Translations under genes and position numbers: made by a program
Shown: in pieces, positions 52,014-64,000 of the stretch
Numbering within the stretch: the first letter of the stretch is position 1
Layout: each line of letters begins with the position of its first letter
Notes under the pieces: generated by a model
What the model saw: the letters and a program-made list of their open reading frames with translations, nothing else
What the model was told of the DNA's origin: nothing
Database searches by the model: none
Source of the DNA: Lingula anatina
Lineage: Eukaryota; Animalia; Brachiopoda
NCBI GenBank assembly: GCA_051362555.1
Contig: CM120642.1
Location: 16,616,001-16,680,000, forward strand
Direction: 5' to 3'
DNA length: 64,000 nt

Positions 52014-53847
52014 TTTGACTTCAAGCCCAAAGGACCTTAATTTGACTAAAAACGGGTCCATACACCCTATAAAATTAGGAAAGGGTTTTAGTTTTGGGTG
52101 CTAATTGAATGTATAAACAGGATTTCAAAACTTGATTTTAGAACAAAACATCGTTTCATTTAAGATGCTAAATGAATGTATAAACAGAATTTAAAAACAT
52201 GACTTCTTTAGAAATGTATGCCCCCCCCCTCACCATGAGATAATAGGCTGTGTCACATGCGCGCTTCAAGGCAGACCGCGTACGTGGTTCCCTTGGACGG
52301 AACCCCAAGCATGTGCGCTGCGTGTAGGCGTTTCAGCGCAGCAACCACCTAATAATTTCCCATTGACGGCCATACTAAGAAATGCCTGCAAAACAAAATA
52401 ATTGGGTGAAACATTTCCCATCCCCATGGACAGCAGACACACTGACAGAACTCCCAATGGCATCAAGCAAACTTTCTTACGGCATTACTTGAACATGTGC
52501 ACCCCTCTGTTTGTAAACAAAGCCCTGCACCGCTCAAAGTCAGTAGCTCCCTCCGCCAGAGGTCTGCACGACACCTGTGCCTGGTCCTAAAAAAATTGGC
52601 AGTAGTTTACACCCTAGCTTGCTAGTTGACACCAAACAAATGTCAGGAAAAAATGGAAAAAACCACTAATTTTCTCTCACTGAACTACATTAGTTACAAC
52701 AGTCAGTGACTGCTCCATTTAGTTGATTCTGCCCTTCATATTTTATGAACTGAATTTATTTTTTATTTCACTTAGACGATAGTCATTTCGTTATTTATTT
52801 GAGGTAAAATTAAACTAATTTAATTAAAGCAGAAACAAGTCCACACAAAAAGTAGTTTCGCTGGAATGCAGCCATTTACTTACATTAATTATGCAGCAAA
52901 ACACAGTTTAAGTAGGTACAATGAGGTATTTTAATTAACGTAAGCATGAGCTTTCTTGTAAAAAGTAAAATTTAAAAACCTTTCAAATATAAACCTGAGA
53001 AAACCTTATAAAACGACAAAAAAATAATTGATGAAATGTTATACATGGAATCATCCCTTTCTTATCACGATACTAACCCACAGAAAATGTCCGCAGGAAA
53101 TAATTAAATGTCCTATTATCATATAAATTAGAATGTTCATCCATAGAATAATAATATACTACATAAGTTTGCTATTATATTAACTGAAGTCTGTTGTGTA
53201 GAATTATTTTTCATTAAAATTCATCATATATCACTTTGTATCACTGTCAATATGTTGGGTAATGGTCTTTTTGTAAAACTGTGAAAGAATCAAATATATT
53301 AATATAATAAAATAAAAAAAATGAATTATCTTAGATAGCACATGGTACACTAACAGTAGAAAATCAAACTATATACCAAAAACAGATCAGGTTTTTGTTA
53401 TTTGTCAGTGAAACTGACACAAACCTGTACACTTAGCAAGCTTAGTTTTGTTTTAACTTTTCATTAGCACAGTCAACTGACGAAATTGTGAGTAGACAAT
53501 AGTCCATTTAGTTATTGTACATCAAGTCATTTGAAAATACACAACAAAGTTCTAGAACAAACACTAAAAAACAATAAACATATAATTTTTAGAAAATGCC
53601 TTTTGCTACTTTGCTGTAAGTTTTTAAATTCAATTCATAAGGATTAATGTGCCAATAAAATTAATTAAAAAATATCCTTTCAAAAATGAAATCCCATTCG
53701 ATGTGATATGTCAATCTGGTATATATGTTTTTTTTTTTTTTTTTTTTTTTTTTTTTGGGGGGGGGGGATACTTTAATTTCTTTAGTAATTCCTGCAGCAA
53801 AACTCATCCATCAAAAGCACCATACATCTTATAACAACTTGAAAAAT

Positions 53848-56800
53848 TCAGAGATCTGCATCCCTTATACTTTCTTGATAAATCAAAGAGAATATTGGGA
53901 TCAAAAAATCAGATTCAAATGCGATACCAGATATAGAATCAACAGCACCACCATAAGAAACACAAAACCCATTACAGCTCACATCACAACAGTGAATTTC
54001 AAAGTTTTCTTCCTTGAGCTCACTTTTAAACACTACTTCATCACTGTGGACAGGGGTCATCCTCAGACCAATAGCTGTATCCTGTCCAGCCTCTAACCCT
54101 CTTGGGGACTGCACATTAAAGATTGATTCTGTCACACTAACTGTGGAAGAATCTGTGGGCTTTGCTTTGGTGCTTTTTGTTTCTCTTTTTGTTTTATCTT
54201 TGGTATTTCTCGCTTCAGAATCCTGTCTCTTTCCTGTGAAAGTAGATGCAGATTTCGGTCGAGCTCCTGTGCTGCTTGAATTTACCCCAGCTTCAGCCAC
54301 TGCCACTGAAGACTTTGGCCTAGCTCCTTTACCTGGCTGTAGCCCATTTTTTGAGTTTTCAGGTCCTTTAGATGCTGAAATGCTTGTCTTTTGTTGGCGA
54401 GTCTGAGAAGAAAAATTGAATCATCTATTACAATAATTCAACCATTGTCCAAGATGCAAGTGATCCAAAGAGATCTATTTCATTCACTTCAAAAATTTAT
54501 TATATATATATTCATTCAAAAGCACAACATCAAACTTATTCAAATATGCTTTAAATTTTTAACTCAAAATTATTGAATTCAAGAACAACCATTCAATATT
54601 TGGCTTAAACAAAATATTTGCAATTACACTAGTCTGGTAGACCGCCCCAGAATTGCAGGATATGAAGTACCAGAATGAACTCACAAGAACTTAGATCATG
54701 GTGGAAGTGAAGAACAAAAGACTCAGGCGTGGTGTAACTTGCATAACTGCACGTTTCGCATGAATGCGTTATAACCTGTTCATGGACCGTGGTCTAAATA
54801 AGATAGACCCCTCGTCAGCGGGGGTTATGTGATATCCACTATTGCTACGCACTCGTGTATGCCACATAACACTCACTGACTTGGGGTCTATCTATTACTT
54901 ACCATTAGAGAGCTGGTGAGCACTGGGCGTTTTGCAGTCACTTTATCATGAGCTATACAGATAAACTTTAAGGCACCAGCTGAAAGAAAGGGCAATGCCT
55001 TGGATAAGAATTTGTTTTAAATGACATAATAACGTGTCATAGAATCCCGCACTGTCTAACAATAGATATTATAGTAATACAACAGCTAAACAAGCACCCA
55101 TCAACTACGTGACAGGAAATATCAATCTACATGCATATATCCATATATTATAAGTAAATAGAGAAATAAATTACCCACGTTCTGAATTAGTGTCTGGACT
55201 ATTATGCTAACTACAGGGTAGAAAATTTGATTTTAAGTTATTTTCACCAAACAATACAAAGTACATACTTTTTTTTAGTATGTAGGTAAAAACCCATATG
55301 ATCTATAAGCCTAGAGTATTTTGTATCCAAACACATTTGGCAACCAGTTGCAAAACACAGTTGGTTGATAAATGCTGCAATACTAGTAGAGCCACATTTT
55401 GCAACCAAAGAAAAAAAATGTGAATTAAATATGTATAAATATGTATTTTGCTGTTGCACTGCATTTGCTACCAGACTTTTTTTTTCTGAGTCACTGAAGT
55501 GGTTTTAAATATAATAGTGATACATGTGAGATAGGGGTGGGGTTACATTGATACCGTATGCTAAATCTGGTGGAGCTGAGTGCAAAAATTTCAGATTAAA
55601 TATGAATGAGGGTGGGGAGGATGGTTCCACCTTTTCACTAGTAATTTTCACTATATTATTCTAAACCATTAGTGTGACTAACATATCCTTGAACATCTTG
55701 GATGAAAGTCAAGGTCTATCAATTCCAAAAAAAATTAACTTACTCACTGCAATGGTTTTTGGAAGAGAGAGAGAGAGAGAGAGAGGAAATTATAATGAGT
55801 AAAATGCCGAGATGACTCAAGCACCCTCAGGGATAGCCAGTGGCATATAATTTATAAAGCTTTTTAAGTTAAAACTTTCAATTACTTTTAAAAATGGTTG
55901 CCAAATGCATTGCAGTTGTAAAATGTGACTCTACACCTGTCAAGTTTGACCAATACTGAAATGCTAAAAGAAAAACACTTGTCAAATCATAAAATTTAAT
56001 TGTCAACCTGAAAAGGCACTAGTAGTCCCAGCTAAGCAGACAGTATTATGTCTCTAACCTTATTAAGTTTCTGCCTTCCAAGAACCATAATTAATAATGA
56101 AACCAATTTTTGGCAGCATGCTCTGTAAAATTTATTGCATCTGTATTTTCACCCTCAACCTTCTTTTATTCCGAGTTCTTCAGTAACTGTACATGTAGCT
56201 ACCTTTACAACAGAAACGCAATTCTTACTCAGTTCCTATCCATCAGAGACATCCCCTTTTAATTTAAAGTCCACACTTTTTTCATGTTGATTTTAAGTTT
56301 CCCCAACTGCTTTTTTTTTTTTTTTTACATTGCAGTCAGTATACATAACTTAAACCAGCGTGGGTAGAGACGAAATGATTACAGACACTGTAAATATTTA
56401 ATATGATAAATGAAACTGGCTGAAACATTCTCTCAATCCAGATATTATCTGTTTACTTACTTTCTGCTACTTTCTCCTTCTGCTCTGGGTCCAGTTGATT
56501 CCACTTCCTTGTGTTTACCACCAAATGTCCAACCTTAGCCAAACACTGTAAACATTTCTCCTCCAGACACAACAGCAGGTTCTTAAAATCCTATAGTAAA
56601 CAAGTTATGTTCCTCTGAATGTGGTCACAAAACTGGATTATGTACAATGAATTCAATTATGCAAATGAGAATTTCGATATCTCCTTACTTGTATTTACAT
56701 AATTGGTTATCAAGAGTGCCGTTGATGATAGAAAACACAAGTACAAGCTGCAACATGATGTGTCTAAAATACCTGAACCCTCGAGGTTTGCCACAAGTAT

Positions 56801-59800
56801 ACAATATACTAGTCTACATTAATACATGTACTTGTATATAAGACCAAGCATGAAATGTATACAATTTGTTATTCAAAACCCATACATCTCGGACATGTCA
56901 TCACAATGTCTTATGTTGGTTTATCAAAAATAGTGTTTTGCCAGCATCACAATGCTACTGTTTTCGTGATATCTTGTTTGTTGACCCTTAATGCATGTGT
57001 ATCATTGTGAGCATGCGTGCACGTGTGCATGTGTATGTACCTATAAGCAAATCAATCGTACCTGTGTCCAAAAACAACCTTCTAGTTTAGCTTTGGCATT
57101 TATGTCACACACAGTTTTATACAGAGGGCTGATGGCTTTGGGAGATATCCGGTTTAAGGCTTCATCAAAGAGATCATTGATCAGGTCAAATCCCATGGTG
57201 CGAGACTGGAAACAAACAAGTTTTATATCACATCTATTTCCCATGACCATGGTGAGTTTTTTCTCCCTTTTTTGTCTCCTTTAAATGATAAAAGGTTAAA
57301 TTTCAAACATGTTTTTGACTTAAAACTACAGAAAGCGCTTCTTGTTGAATTGTTCTAAGGACAATTTACCAGTATATTTCTTGTTCATCTTTAATTGATG
57401 AATACCACAAGTTAATTTTGCCACTGAACCTTGCCAACTGCCACCTAGCGTGACAAAGTTTTGAATTGCATCCAACCCAGTGGTCATCGTTTAAGGTGAT
57501 GGCCAAAATTCAAAAATCTCAGCATAAGGGTTGAAGACTTTTCTTTTTTAATTTACATCATTTATATAAAATTTGGTTAAAACAAAAAAGAATTTGATAA
57601 CAGATTTTTTAAAAAAGCTAAAATAAATAATCAAATAAAGAAATAATTAAATAAATAATCAAATGAATAAATAAAAATCTTTATAATTATAATAATAAAT
57701 TTTAAATTTTGCTTTAGCTTATGTTCATTCACCTTGATTTCGGCTCCTGGACCTGTGTTCCCAACAACACACTGCAGGACACGTTCAAAGTGCTTTGATA
57801 GATATTCTGTGCATTTATCTGTAAAATATATAAGGATGTATATATGCAAACAATGTATATATGTAAGTATAAAACTGTTTTAATATAGTTGTATTAATGT
57901 ACTTGTTTCACTAGAGGGTATAGGGTACCTTTATTATGTGTTACAGCTGAAAAAATGCATCTTGATACTGAAGAATTATATCCTGATTTTAAATGGTGCA
58001 AGAACTTAAAACATAATGGCCTGGTTTTTCGTAGTACTAAATCTTATGAAATATTGTGTCCTGATTTTAATTGATACTCTAACTTACAATATATTATGTC
58101 CCGCTTTTAAATGGTGTTTCATCGTGTCCTATAATAAAGGCAGAGTGCAGGATCACTTACCAATAACATGATCTATAAGCTGGTGTAGGTATTCTGTTCT
58201 TTTTACCCTGGCCAAGCTTCCAATCAAACTGTGGCATTCTAGGACTGTGCTGACCACACTGTCCACTCTCTACATAAAAACAAATATCTTTTATCATTTG
58301 TAATGAAAATCAAATTTGACACAGTTACATATACAGCAAATAGGAATATGGTGTAAAAAATCAAAAAAAAATTTTCTTGGGTTGTTCCTATTATGGACTA
58401 TTACGCTTTCTAGTTTCAAACATAAAAATACCCTATATAAACATGTTTTAACTAGAAAAGCACTCTGAGAGCGCAGACCTCCGCCACGGCAGCGATTTTT
58501 TATTATTATTGATTATTGATTTATTATTGATCAGGATCACCACCAAAAACTAATCATCTCTTCCTTGGCCCACTTCTGACAGTTCCTGAAAATTTCATCA
58601 AAATCAGTCCATAACTTTTTGAGTTATGTTGATGACAGACAAACAGGGGTGAAAACACAACCTCCTTGGTGGAGGTAATTAGAGCCTTGCTTCACCTGGC
58701 TTACTGAAGGTGATCAGTTACTTGTAGTCAGTCCATCAATATTCTCTCCAAAAAATAAATTTTTCAGAGCTATCTTGAAAATTTTATCAAAAATCCCTCC
58801 TTACTATGAACTTTTTGCATAATGTTGCTAACAGACAAACATACTATTTTATTAAAGAATTAACTTTTTAAATTTAACTAATGGATCACCACCCCCTAGC
58901 ATAAGAAATCTTACACTAGCATGACCAGTTTGGGCTGAAATTGCATTTAAATGTGAGTCTGTGTATGCATGCGTGCATGTTTAATCAATGTGGCTGAATG
59001 CAGGGGCGCATTTAGGCCGTCTTCTGGGTCTTCCGGAAGACGGTCAGATTTTCAAGTTTACATTGATGGGTATCTAATTTTTTCTGTCGGAAGACGGTCA
59101 AAAAATGGAGGATGGATCAACAAATATAATATGGAAGACTGTCAGAAAATATCTCTGGATCCGCGCCTGGAATGTGTTCCAAGTGTACCTGTGTGATGGA
59201 ATGGGGTGGAATGGGGGGAGGGGGGGGAATAACAAATTCCACTTACCAAACTATCAACCAGAGCCTGATAACACTTGTCAATGATCTCCTGAGGGAGGTC
59301 GGTGAACGTTTTCTCCTGCCAGACTCTGGTGAAGTGTTGTGCAGTCCACTTCAAGGCTTCATCTTTCAAAGTAGACAGATGGAAGGTGTCTGCTACAGGG
59401 AGCACCTCTACCACTCCACATAGACACTGAGGACAAGGCTAGAAAGGCATTTACATAGAATACTGTTTAAAGGCATATAAAGCGTGTTACACCTTTATAA
59501 AAAAAAACTTCAAAATTTTTAATTTTTCCAGAATCACCAAATAATCAAAAAGCAATTGCATTATACTAACTACAAAGTTAAGAGTTTGACTTTATGTCTT
59601 TTCTGTAATGACTGATATGTTGACAAACACTACATTTAAAGTAACCCACGATAATAGCAATAATAATAAATTTGTTCAGTTAATGAGTAAAACATACAAT
59701 GGACACTGATTTCTGTCACAAGCTCTTTAAATTAACACATTTATCACATGCCCTACCAACCAAAGTCACATTTTACAGCTCACCTTATGAAAATGATGGC

Positions 59801-62800
59801 AATAATCTCTTCTTATGAGAAATTCTAGTGCATCTTTGAATCCAGGTACATCATACATGTCTCCAGCCATCACCATGTCCAGAATGCTACAGTCTGTCCC
59901 ATCGAGATTCACGCAGCCGCCATAGATGTAGAGAAGTAGCTGGTGAAATGCAGCAGGATTAAGTCTGAAACATTGTGATTAAAAGCGTGTGAATGCATTG
60001 GTATAATTGTGTCAACTTAAAGGACATATAACATATATTTAAATATAATGCTCGGGATGTCCGGCCTGTCAATATTAAGGACACATAAATGAGAATTTCA
60101 GTTTGATACAGAGAAACAGAATTACCTGGGAAATATTAACACCTTTTCTTTAATGATCAAGGTTGGCTATATCCAACAATGTAAGGGTCAAAACACGGTA
60201 TTTGAAATGTCTCTGACGGGACATTTTAGAGACAATTTTAAAAATTACAGTTGGTAAATGATCCACATGGTTACTTTTAAATACATTTTTATTTAGCTGG
60301 ACCATAAGGGATTATGTAAAACAAGCAGCTAATTTGTATTGAAATAAATGTGGGAATGACAATCACTTAAAGGTCGGTCTCTGACAGGACATTTTTGACC
60401 CCTGTATTTTTTTACTAAAATTCCAATGCAAAATTCTCTTTGAATTTTCATTTAATCAAGACTTTTGTAATTCATATTGCAAGGTACAAGTCTTGGGAAG
60501 CAATTAATGCACAAACAGGCCAGTTTTGTTTGCTTTCCTTGGCAACATGGGCTGTTAAGTGTAAAAAGTCACTGTCTCTGACGGGACGTCCCTGACGGGA
60601 CACTTTTGGGCACTACTGAAAAATCTTAGAAAAGAGGTTTAAAAAGCCACATTTTTGTATCTAATGAATCTTACTTGGTGGTTATTGCAAAATAGCATTT
60701 CTGTACATTAGAAAAATCACCAGATGCAATATGTTTATAATCACTGACAGTCAACCTAGCTAATAATCAGTAATGGTTAATGAATTACCCAGTAATGATC
60801 AGTTGCAAAAGAAAAATAAGAAATGTCACACACCAGAACACTTGAAAATGATTCAATTGAAGATGTAAAACCTTGTATTTCACATCTGTCCCGTCAGAGA
60901 CAGAAAATGTCCCGTCAGGGACAATGATAAAATGTGGCAATAAATTCACTGTTAATTGTTTTAATTTTGTAATTTTTAGCTATAATCATTACTTATCATT
61001 ATTTAAAAGAGGATTTTAAGTTTCATTTATACAACCTACCAGATGTGGAAAATACGAAAACTTTTCGAAGTCAAATGTCTCTGATGGGACACACCACTCC
61101 TAGTGCTAAATAATTTTTTACTCAAAATAAGTGATAGGTGGCAGTTTTCTATGTTAAACTATTACTTCTGATTAGTTTAACATATTTGGGTGATTAAAAC
61201 TTGAAAAAATAACCTAATGTCTGACTCAGGCCAATATGACCATGTGTCCCGTCAGAGACATTTTTTTTTTTCCTTTATGTTTCCCAGTGGCTCACAGAAA
61301 AAGTACTGGGAGTATATCAATGAAACTTACATTGTCTAAAAATTTGATTTGTTTTCTACAAAAATGTAAAAATTTTAAATTTCAATGAAACAAAAAAAAA
61401 TTGACACCCATGGCACCGTTACCGTGTTTTGACCCGTAAACAGAATGCATTATCAATTATCATCCATAATTTTTACAGCCTAACTTTACTTTTTATTTTG
61501 AGATTAATTCCATTCATGGTGGAAAAATTAGATATTTAGAGTTCTTACACAAGTAGGCTGAAGACCCAAGTTGAATGTAGGTTCTGTAGAGAAGAAAATC
61601 CTGGCATTTTGTTTCATTAACACTTATGAAGTAACTACAGTACATATCTTCGCTTTCTTTGTCTAATATATGCCCTTAAAACATAGCACAGGTACTAAGC
61701 TTATGCCTTGATTTTAGTGTGCACTGGACACATCCCCAAATGGTTCCACTTGAGCGAGTCAGATGTAAACATAGTTACCTCTATCTGTCTGTCTGTCTGT
61801 CATCAACATAAGAAGTTATGGACCGATTCTGATAGAATTTTCAGGGTAGGTCAGAAATGGGTTAACTTAGAAGTGATTATTTTTGGTGGTCATCTGGATC
61901 AATAATCAATCAATAATCAGAAATCAAAAATCAATCGTCAGCATAACTCAAAAAGTTATGGACCAATTTTGATGAAATTTTCAGGGTAGGTCAGAAATGG
62001 GTGAACTTGGAAGTGATTATTTTTTGGTGGTGATCCGGATCAATAATCAATAATAATAAAAAATTGTTGCCTTGGCAGAGGACTGCGCTCTCGGAGTGCT
62101 TTTCTAGTTATTTCATGTAATTCCACGAGAAATTCCATGAGTAATTCCCCTTGATCACTTGTCTAACAAAAGTAAGCAGACAGCATAAGGAGGGGAGGGC
62201 CAGAGTGTCATATTTTTTTGCTGTTGGTGAGAAAAAAGGGTATTGGAGAATTTCAGGTTGAACATATAACCGGAGAGACAGGTGATACAGTTGATTACAT
62301 TCTTGTATTAGTTGCTATTATCATATATTATCACATTTTTACCATACAGTGATGCTCCCAGCAGCAGTTAGCTATATAGTATTTATAATACCCGATAGCT
62401 TTTTATGCATAATGAATTTTTTATGTTGGTGCTTCGCCTTATACTGGTATCATTTCCAAATGACAATTTGACAGTTTTAGATTTATTTATAGATGATACA
62501 GTATATGATGGTTTTAAGGCAGAAGGGGGTATTTAAAATACCAATTTTCTTATCTTGGTGCTTATGTATGACTTGATGATTTGGAATATATGTTACAGTC
62601 TACAGCAATTTACAATATCACATTAGTTTATAAATCTTTATGCACATTTTATCTTATTTAATAAGTTTACTGTGTGTAAATAGACAAAACACCAAAATTA
62701 TCTATCTACTTAAAATAATTTCAACCCTATTGAAACAGATTAATAGATTTTCATTTTTTCATTCAAATTGGTTATTTAAGTAAAGTAGCTGATGCAAAAA

Positions 62801-63479
62801 TACAAGCTTATCTCTAAAAATTGATGCACAAAGAAATCATCAGTTAAAAAAAAAAAAAAAAAAAAAAGGACCTTGCCCTAGAAATGCCAATATTGAAATA
62901 TATTGAAATACATAATACATAACAGTGTGCTACAGCTGTGGCAGCGTTGGGCACATATATCACTTTTCTTATTTCAAGTGCATAGTTCATGTCATAGTTC
63001 TGTGTCTGTACATAAAAACTACAGCAAAAGGACCTTGCCCTAGAAATGCCAATATTGAAATATAGTGAAATACATAATACATGAGAGTGTATTACAGCTG
63101 TGGCAGCATTGGGCACATATATCACTTTTTCTTATTTTTAATGAATAGTTCATGTCATTCTTAGTCAAGTTAACTTGAAGTTATATCAGACAATAGACCA
63201 CCTACCTTCAGCAAACTAAAAAATTCCTCACCATGCAATTTAAAATCAGAGACATGTTGAATGTCTCTTTCATGGGAGTAATGTTAACCAGTCAATCATT
63301 TAGTCTAAGCATGTTCTGATGTCACAAAAAAAAAAAAAAACAGAAGTCAGTTCCCTGGCTTAGTTGCCTAGGATTTCCATGAGAGTGATGACATGTGACA
63401 CTGCCCCTGATAGGGTAAGATGTGCCCATGTGACCACTTAACCTTGGTAATTACGTTCTTAGCCAGGGAACCTGACTCA

Positions 63480-63529
<50 letters not shown>

Positions 63530-64000
63530 TGTGTGTAAAACCAGGACCTGGGTGTTGCCTGAAGCAATAAAAATGGCTATTTATAGTCTTACCTCTCCAA
63601 TTTGATCTCTCCCGCCTGACTCTCAGCCCAGCCTCCCCCCAACATGGCCTCAAAATAACTGCACCGCAAAGCCAGGATACATCTGGGAATCAACATGATG
63701 GTAAATATTAACAGAAATCATCAAAGATAGCGCAATGTCTAGAAACTCGAGAAATTACAAAAAGAAATATGTTTCTGAGAACTTTGCTCATGCAAGTTTT
63801 ATTCAATTTTTCTAAGCATTTATGCATTATCATCCATCTTTGTTAATTTAAGATATTCACTCTGAATCAGTAATTCTATTTCATTTCAAGCATTAAACAG
63901 ATGAAAGTACTATAAGAATTTAGTTATGTAAGTAAACATACCTATGGCATTTAAACGTCACCTCACCCACTTTGAGTTTCACATCACTATTTTCTCCAGA
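53848..64000 (-). CDS. BTBD8: BTB/POZ domain-containing protein 8-like, 3' part (gene continues beyond window end)
   Basis: Exons >64000-63942 (SDVKLKVGEVTFKCHR), 63682-63593 (CILALRCSYFEAMLGGGWAES), 59964-59784 (FHQLLLYIYGG..RRDYCHHFHK), 59438-59247 (PCPQC..LKWTAQHFTRVWQEKTFTDLP), 58269-58161, 57818-57733, 57205-57062, 56590-56461, 54979-54903, 54402-53848; all GT-AG and frame-consistent (~540 aa visible); RRDYC.FFxKP and W...HF.R.W....F..LP resemble BTBD8 after its BTB domain. Confidence 0.85.
54797..54896. mobile_element. ~100-bp palindromic MITE-like hairpin next to a BTBD8 splice donor
   Basis: AGATAGACCCC..GTCAG..GTTATGTG / CACATAAC..CTGAC..GGGGTCTATCT. Confidence 0.65.
58450..58678 (+). 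mobile_element. Short HINE/Helentron-type non-autonomous element
   Basis: AACTAGAAAAGCACTCTGAGAGCGCAGACCTCCGCC...GACAGACAAAC...AACCTCCTTGGTGGAGGTAA terminal hairpin; second copy inverted at 61775-62109. Confidence 0.75.
59001..59169. mobile_element. hAT-type MITE remnant
   Basis: CAGGGGCGCAT...ATCCGCGCCTG termini, internal GGAAGACGGTCA repeats; only GAATG shared on flanks. Confidence 0.55.
60021..61676. mobile_element. Possible Kolobok-like element hosting a nested insertion
   Basis: TTAA-AGGACATATA...TATATGCCCT-TAAA. Confidence 0.45.
60184..61436. mobile_element. TA-flanked non-autonomous DNA transposon with repeated 16-bp internal motif
   Basis: TIR GGGTCAAAACACGGTA / TACCGTGTTTTGACCC; eight copies of TGTCTCTGACGGGACA-like motif in both orientations. 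Confidence 0.75.
61775..62109 (-). mobile_element. HINE/Helentron-type element, inverted relative to 58450-58678, with two internal units
   Basis: (TCTG)n, two AAGTTATGGACC..TTTTCAGGGTAGGTCAGAAATGGG units, ends GCGCTCTCGGAGTGCTTTTCTAGTT. Confidence 0.75.
62866..63158. repeat. 162-bp-period tandem duplication in BTBD8 intron
   Basis: GGACCTTGCCCTAGAAATGCCAATATTGAAATATA at 62868 and 63030. Confidence 0.9.
63343..63478. mobile_element. Palindromic MITE bracketed by poly-A and poly-T
   Basis: GTCAG-TTCCCTGGCT / AGCCAGGGAACCTGAC inverted ends. Confidence 0.6.

Noticed and set aside
54014-54406. 130-aa plus-strand ORF
   Set aside because: Antisense shadow of the BTBD8 last exon

Overview
AT-rich, intron-containing animal genomic DNA with a marine-invertebrate (lophotrochozoan-like) repeat landscape; nothing prokaryotic and no CRISPR, rRNA or tRNA genes were recognised. 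Genes: (1) an intronless class A GPCR (10385-11365, +); (2) a tandem cluster of three 4-exon GT54/MGAT4C-like N-acetylglucosaminyltransferase genes on the minus strand (24909-38267, 42210-46193, 47929-50587), reconstructed exon by exon with conserved intron phases 1/0/1, all stopping right after the catalytic domain with no visible C-terminal lectin domain; (3) the 3' ten exons of a BTBD8-like gene (53848->64000, -). The rest is rich in repeats: a recent ~3.54 kb duplication (1-5909), many MITE families, an internally deleted mariner, LINE fragments, a Helentron-associated element carrying a 146-bp tandem array, and a nested trio of DNA elements, one of which (8-bp TSD, 78-bp TIRs) keeps a RecQ-helicase N-terminal remnant. 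TACATGTA/TAGGCCTA octamers look like transposon excision footprints. All coordinates and translations were read by hand; no database searches were run.
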